From contig CAVZQC010000004.1 in assembly GCA_963777315.1 (NCBI GenBank), forward strand, positions 256,001 to 320,000: a stretch of DNA of 64,000 nucleotides. The letters are read 5' to 3'. Below, piece after piece: positions 62,395 through 64,000 of the stretch (positions are counted from its first letter, which is position 1; the number at the start of each line of letters is the position of its first letter). The notes beneath the pieces are model-generated. The model did not search any database. It saw only the letters and a list, made by a program, of their open reading frames with translations, and was not told the DNA's origin. The translations under genes were made by a program, and so were the position numbers. Source of the DNA: Vulcanimicrobiota bacterium. Lineage in GTDB: Bacteria > Vulcanimicrobiota > Vulcanimicrobiia > Vulcanimicrobiales > Vulcanimicrobiaceae.

Positions 62395-64000
62395 CGGTGT
62401 GTCTCCCTGGCGTGAGCGGTGACGGTCATCAGCCGGTCGTAGGCGTTCATGGCATTGCGATATTCGATGCGCACGGCGGCGGCTTCGCGCAGGTGCGGCG
62501 CGAGCGGCGGCCCCTGCGAGAGGGCGACGTCGCCTTGCAGGATCGTGAGCCGTTCGCGAACGCGGTCCGGCATCCACTGGTCGTCCTCGGAGTTGAGCGC
62601 GCCCGAGGTGAATCCGGCATACACGCGGTCGATTTCACGCTGTTGCTGCGGGCCTGAGCGTTCGCGCAGCTCGTCCAGATGATTGAGCGCGGCATCGATG
62701 GACGACAGCTCGGCGTCGAGCTGCGAAAGAAAAGCATACCGGGCGGCATAATCGGCCGCCGACCAGTGCGCGCGCGGGTCGGGGAGCACTTGCAGCGGAC
62801 GCGTTTGCGCCTCGGCTCCGGCGCGCAGCCGGATTACGTATGTTCCGGGGACGACGGTCGGGCCGGACGACGGACCGCGATTCCATTGCCGCGCGCGTTT
62901 CCACGGCACGGGCGGCTCGCCCCCCAAGTCCCACGCAACGCGGTTGATTCCGGGCGCTTGCGTTGCCGCCAGCCGCCGTACGATGTTTCCTCGCGCGTCG
63001 AGCACGTCCAAACCGACGGGATCGGAATGCCGCTGCGGCAACTCGTACGACACGATAGCGCCGTACGGCGGGTTTTTACCGCTGTATGCGCCGGCGGGCA
63101 CGCAGCATTCGTCGTCGTGCGTACCGTACGTACTGGTCCACCACATGTAATACGTGTAGGACGGCCGAGGTGCGAAAAGCGTGACGCTTTGCGCGTCGTT
63201 TCGCGGCCGTTCGATGGGCGTGAGGTCGTCCAACACCCACAGCCCTCGCCCGTGCGTTCCCGCGATCAGATCGCGGTCGCGCGGCTGAACGCGCAGATCG
63301 TGAATCGCAACCGGCGGCATGCCCAGACGCAGGCTTGCCCAGTGCAGTCCGCGATCGCGGCTGTACCAAACCCCCTGCTCCAGCCCTGCGTACAGCACGC
63401 CGGGGTCGACCGGATCCTCGCGAACGACATGGGCGTACTGATCGCGCGGTAATCCTGAATCGATTCGCCGCCAGTGTGCGCCGGCATCGTCCGTCGCAAA
63501 AATGTACGGCGTGCGATCTCCCAGCAAATGCCGGTCGACGACTGCGTAAGCGCGAGCGGCCGAAACGGCGGAAGGCTCGACGCACTCCACGCGTGCCCAT
63601 TCACCGCTGCCCGCAGGCGTCACGTTCACCCAATGCCGGCCGCCATCGGGCGTGCGCTGAATCAGTCCGTCGTCGGTTCCGGCCCAGATTACGTTCCCGT
63701 CAACGGGCGAGGGCGCGATGTCGAGCAGCGTGTCGTAGAACTCCGCACCCGAAACGTCGGTATTGATCGGGCCGCCCGCGACCTGCTGCTTGGACGGATC
63801 GTTGCGCGTGAGGTCCGGACTGATCGCCTTCCAAGTGCGTCCCCGGTCGGCGGTTTGGAAGACGACGTTTGCGCCGAAGTATGCAACGCCGGCAAGCGTG
63901 CGCGAAAACGCCAGCGGCGCCTCCCAGTTGAAGCGGTACGTGAGGCCGGCCAGCGCGCGCCCGTTGGTATCCGTCACGCTGGGCGTGATGTCGTAGTTCT
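62391..64000 (-). CDS. VPS10/BNR-repeat protein (paralogue of 33741-36870), 5' end outside the window
   Basis: YRFNWEAP, SPDLTRND, WAGTDDG, AGTHGRG, GINRVAWD; ATGA overlap with the receptor gene. Confidence 0.88.
   Translation of the reverse strand, partial: NYDITPSVTDTNGRALAGLTYRFNWEAPLAFSRTLAGVAYFGANVVFQTADRGRTWKAISPDLTRNDPSKQQVAGGPINTDVSGAEFYDTLLDIAPSPVDGNVIWAGTDDGLIQRTPDGGRHWVNVTPAGSGEWARVECVEPSAVSAARAYAVVDRHLLGDRTPYIFATDDAGAHWRRIDSGLPRDQYAHVVREDPVDPGVLYAGLEQGVWYSRDRGLHWASLRLGMPPVAIHDLRVQPRDRDLIAGTHGRGLWVLDDLTPIERPRNDAQSVTLFAPRPSYTYYMWWTSTYGTHDDECCVPAGAYSGKNPPYGAIVSYELPQRHSDPVGLDVLDARGNIVRRLAATQAPGINRVAWDLGGEPPVPWKRARQWNRGPSSGPTVVPGTYVIRLRAGAEAQTRPLQVLPDPRAHWSAADYAARYAFLSQLDAELSSIDAALNHLDELRERSGPQQQREIDRVYAGFTSGALNSEDDQWMPDRVRERLTILQGDVALSQGPPLAPHLREAAAVRIEYRNAMNAYDRLMTVTAHARETHR

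Noticed and set aside
1..64000. Many long antisense or alternate-frame ORFs (e.g. 21-1364, 2067-3506, 16061-17653, 34420-36414, 56616-58157)
   Set aside because: Arg/Ala/Pro-rich shadows of real genes, expected in high-GC DNA; no recognisable motifs.
1..64000. CRISPR array, tRNA/rRNA, IS or integrase
   Set aside because: No regularly spaced repeats, cloverleafs or transposase/integrase motifs seen; the Cas4-like domain belongs to the TM0106 protein.

Overview
High-GC bacterial chromosome window with about 42 CDS. I found no rRNA, tRNA, CRISPR array or mobile element. The gene content suggests a diderm soil bacterium, probably Ca. Eremiobacterota (inference only): TonB-dependent receptors with carboxypeptidase-regulatory N-domains, TamB plus an OmpH-like gene, three large AAA-TPR-HTH regulators, VPS10/BNR proteins, three S9 peptidases, HypF, a TM0106 nuclease-helicase and an HD-GYP protein. 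The best candidate for a new system is an unannotated 25-aa hydrophobic ORF (42269-42346, MITAFAVAALLGLIICSGISPGTVG) with its own RBS. It lies between a MalT-like TPR/LuxR regulator and an HD-GYP gene, and a secreted prolyl oligopeptidase is transcribed divergently upstream of the regulator. This resembles RRNPP/SHP peptide signalling but uses a STAND-type receptor. The regulator's sensor half and the peptide share a lower-GC tract, consistent with a swapped specificity cassette. All seven frameshifts are repaired by deleting one base in or next to an AGCT, probably a methylation-driven long-read error. Other points: a TonB receptor with a duplicated Cys-containing domain after the barrel, a long structured leader upstream of a zinc-ribbon gene, an oversized Skp-like protein, and a permuted papain-like protein after hypF.
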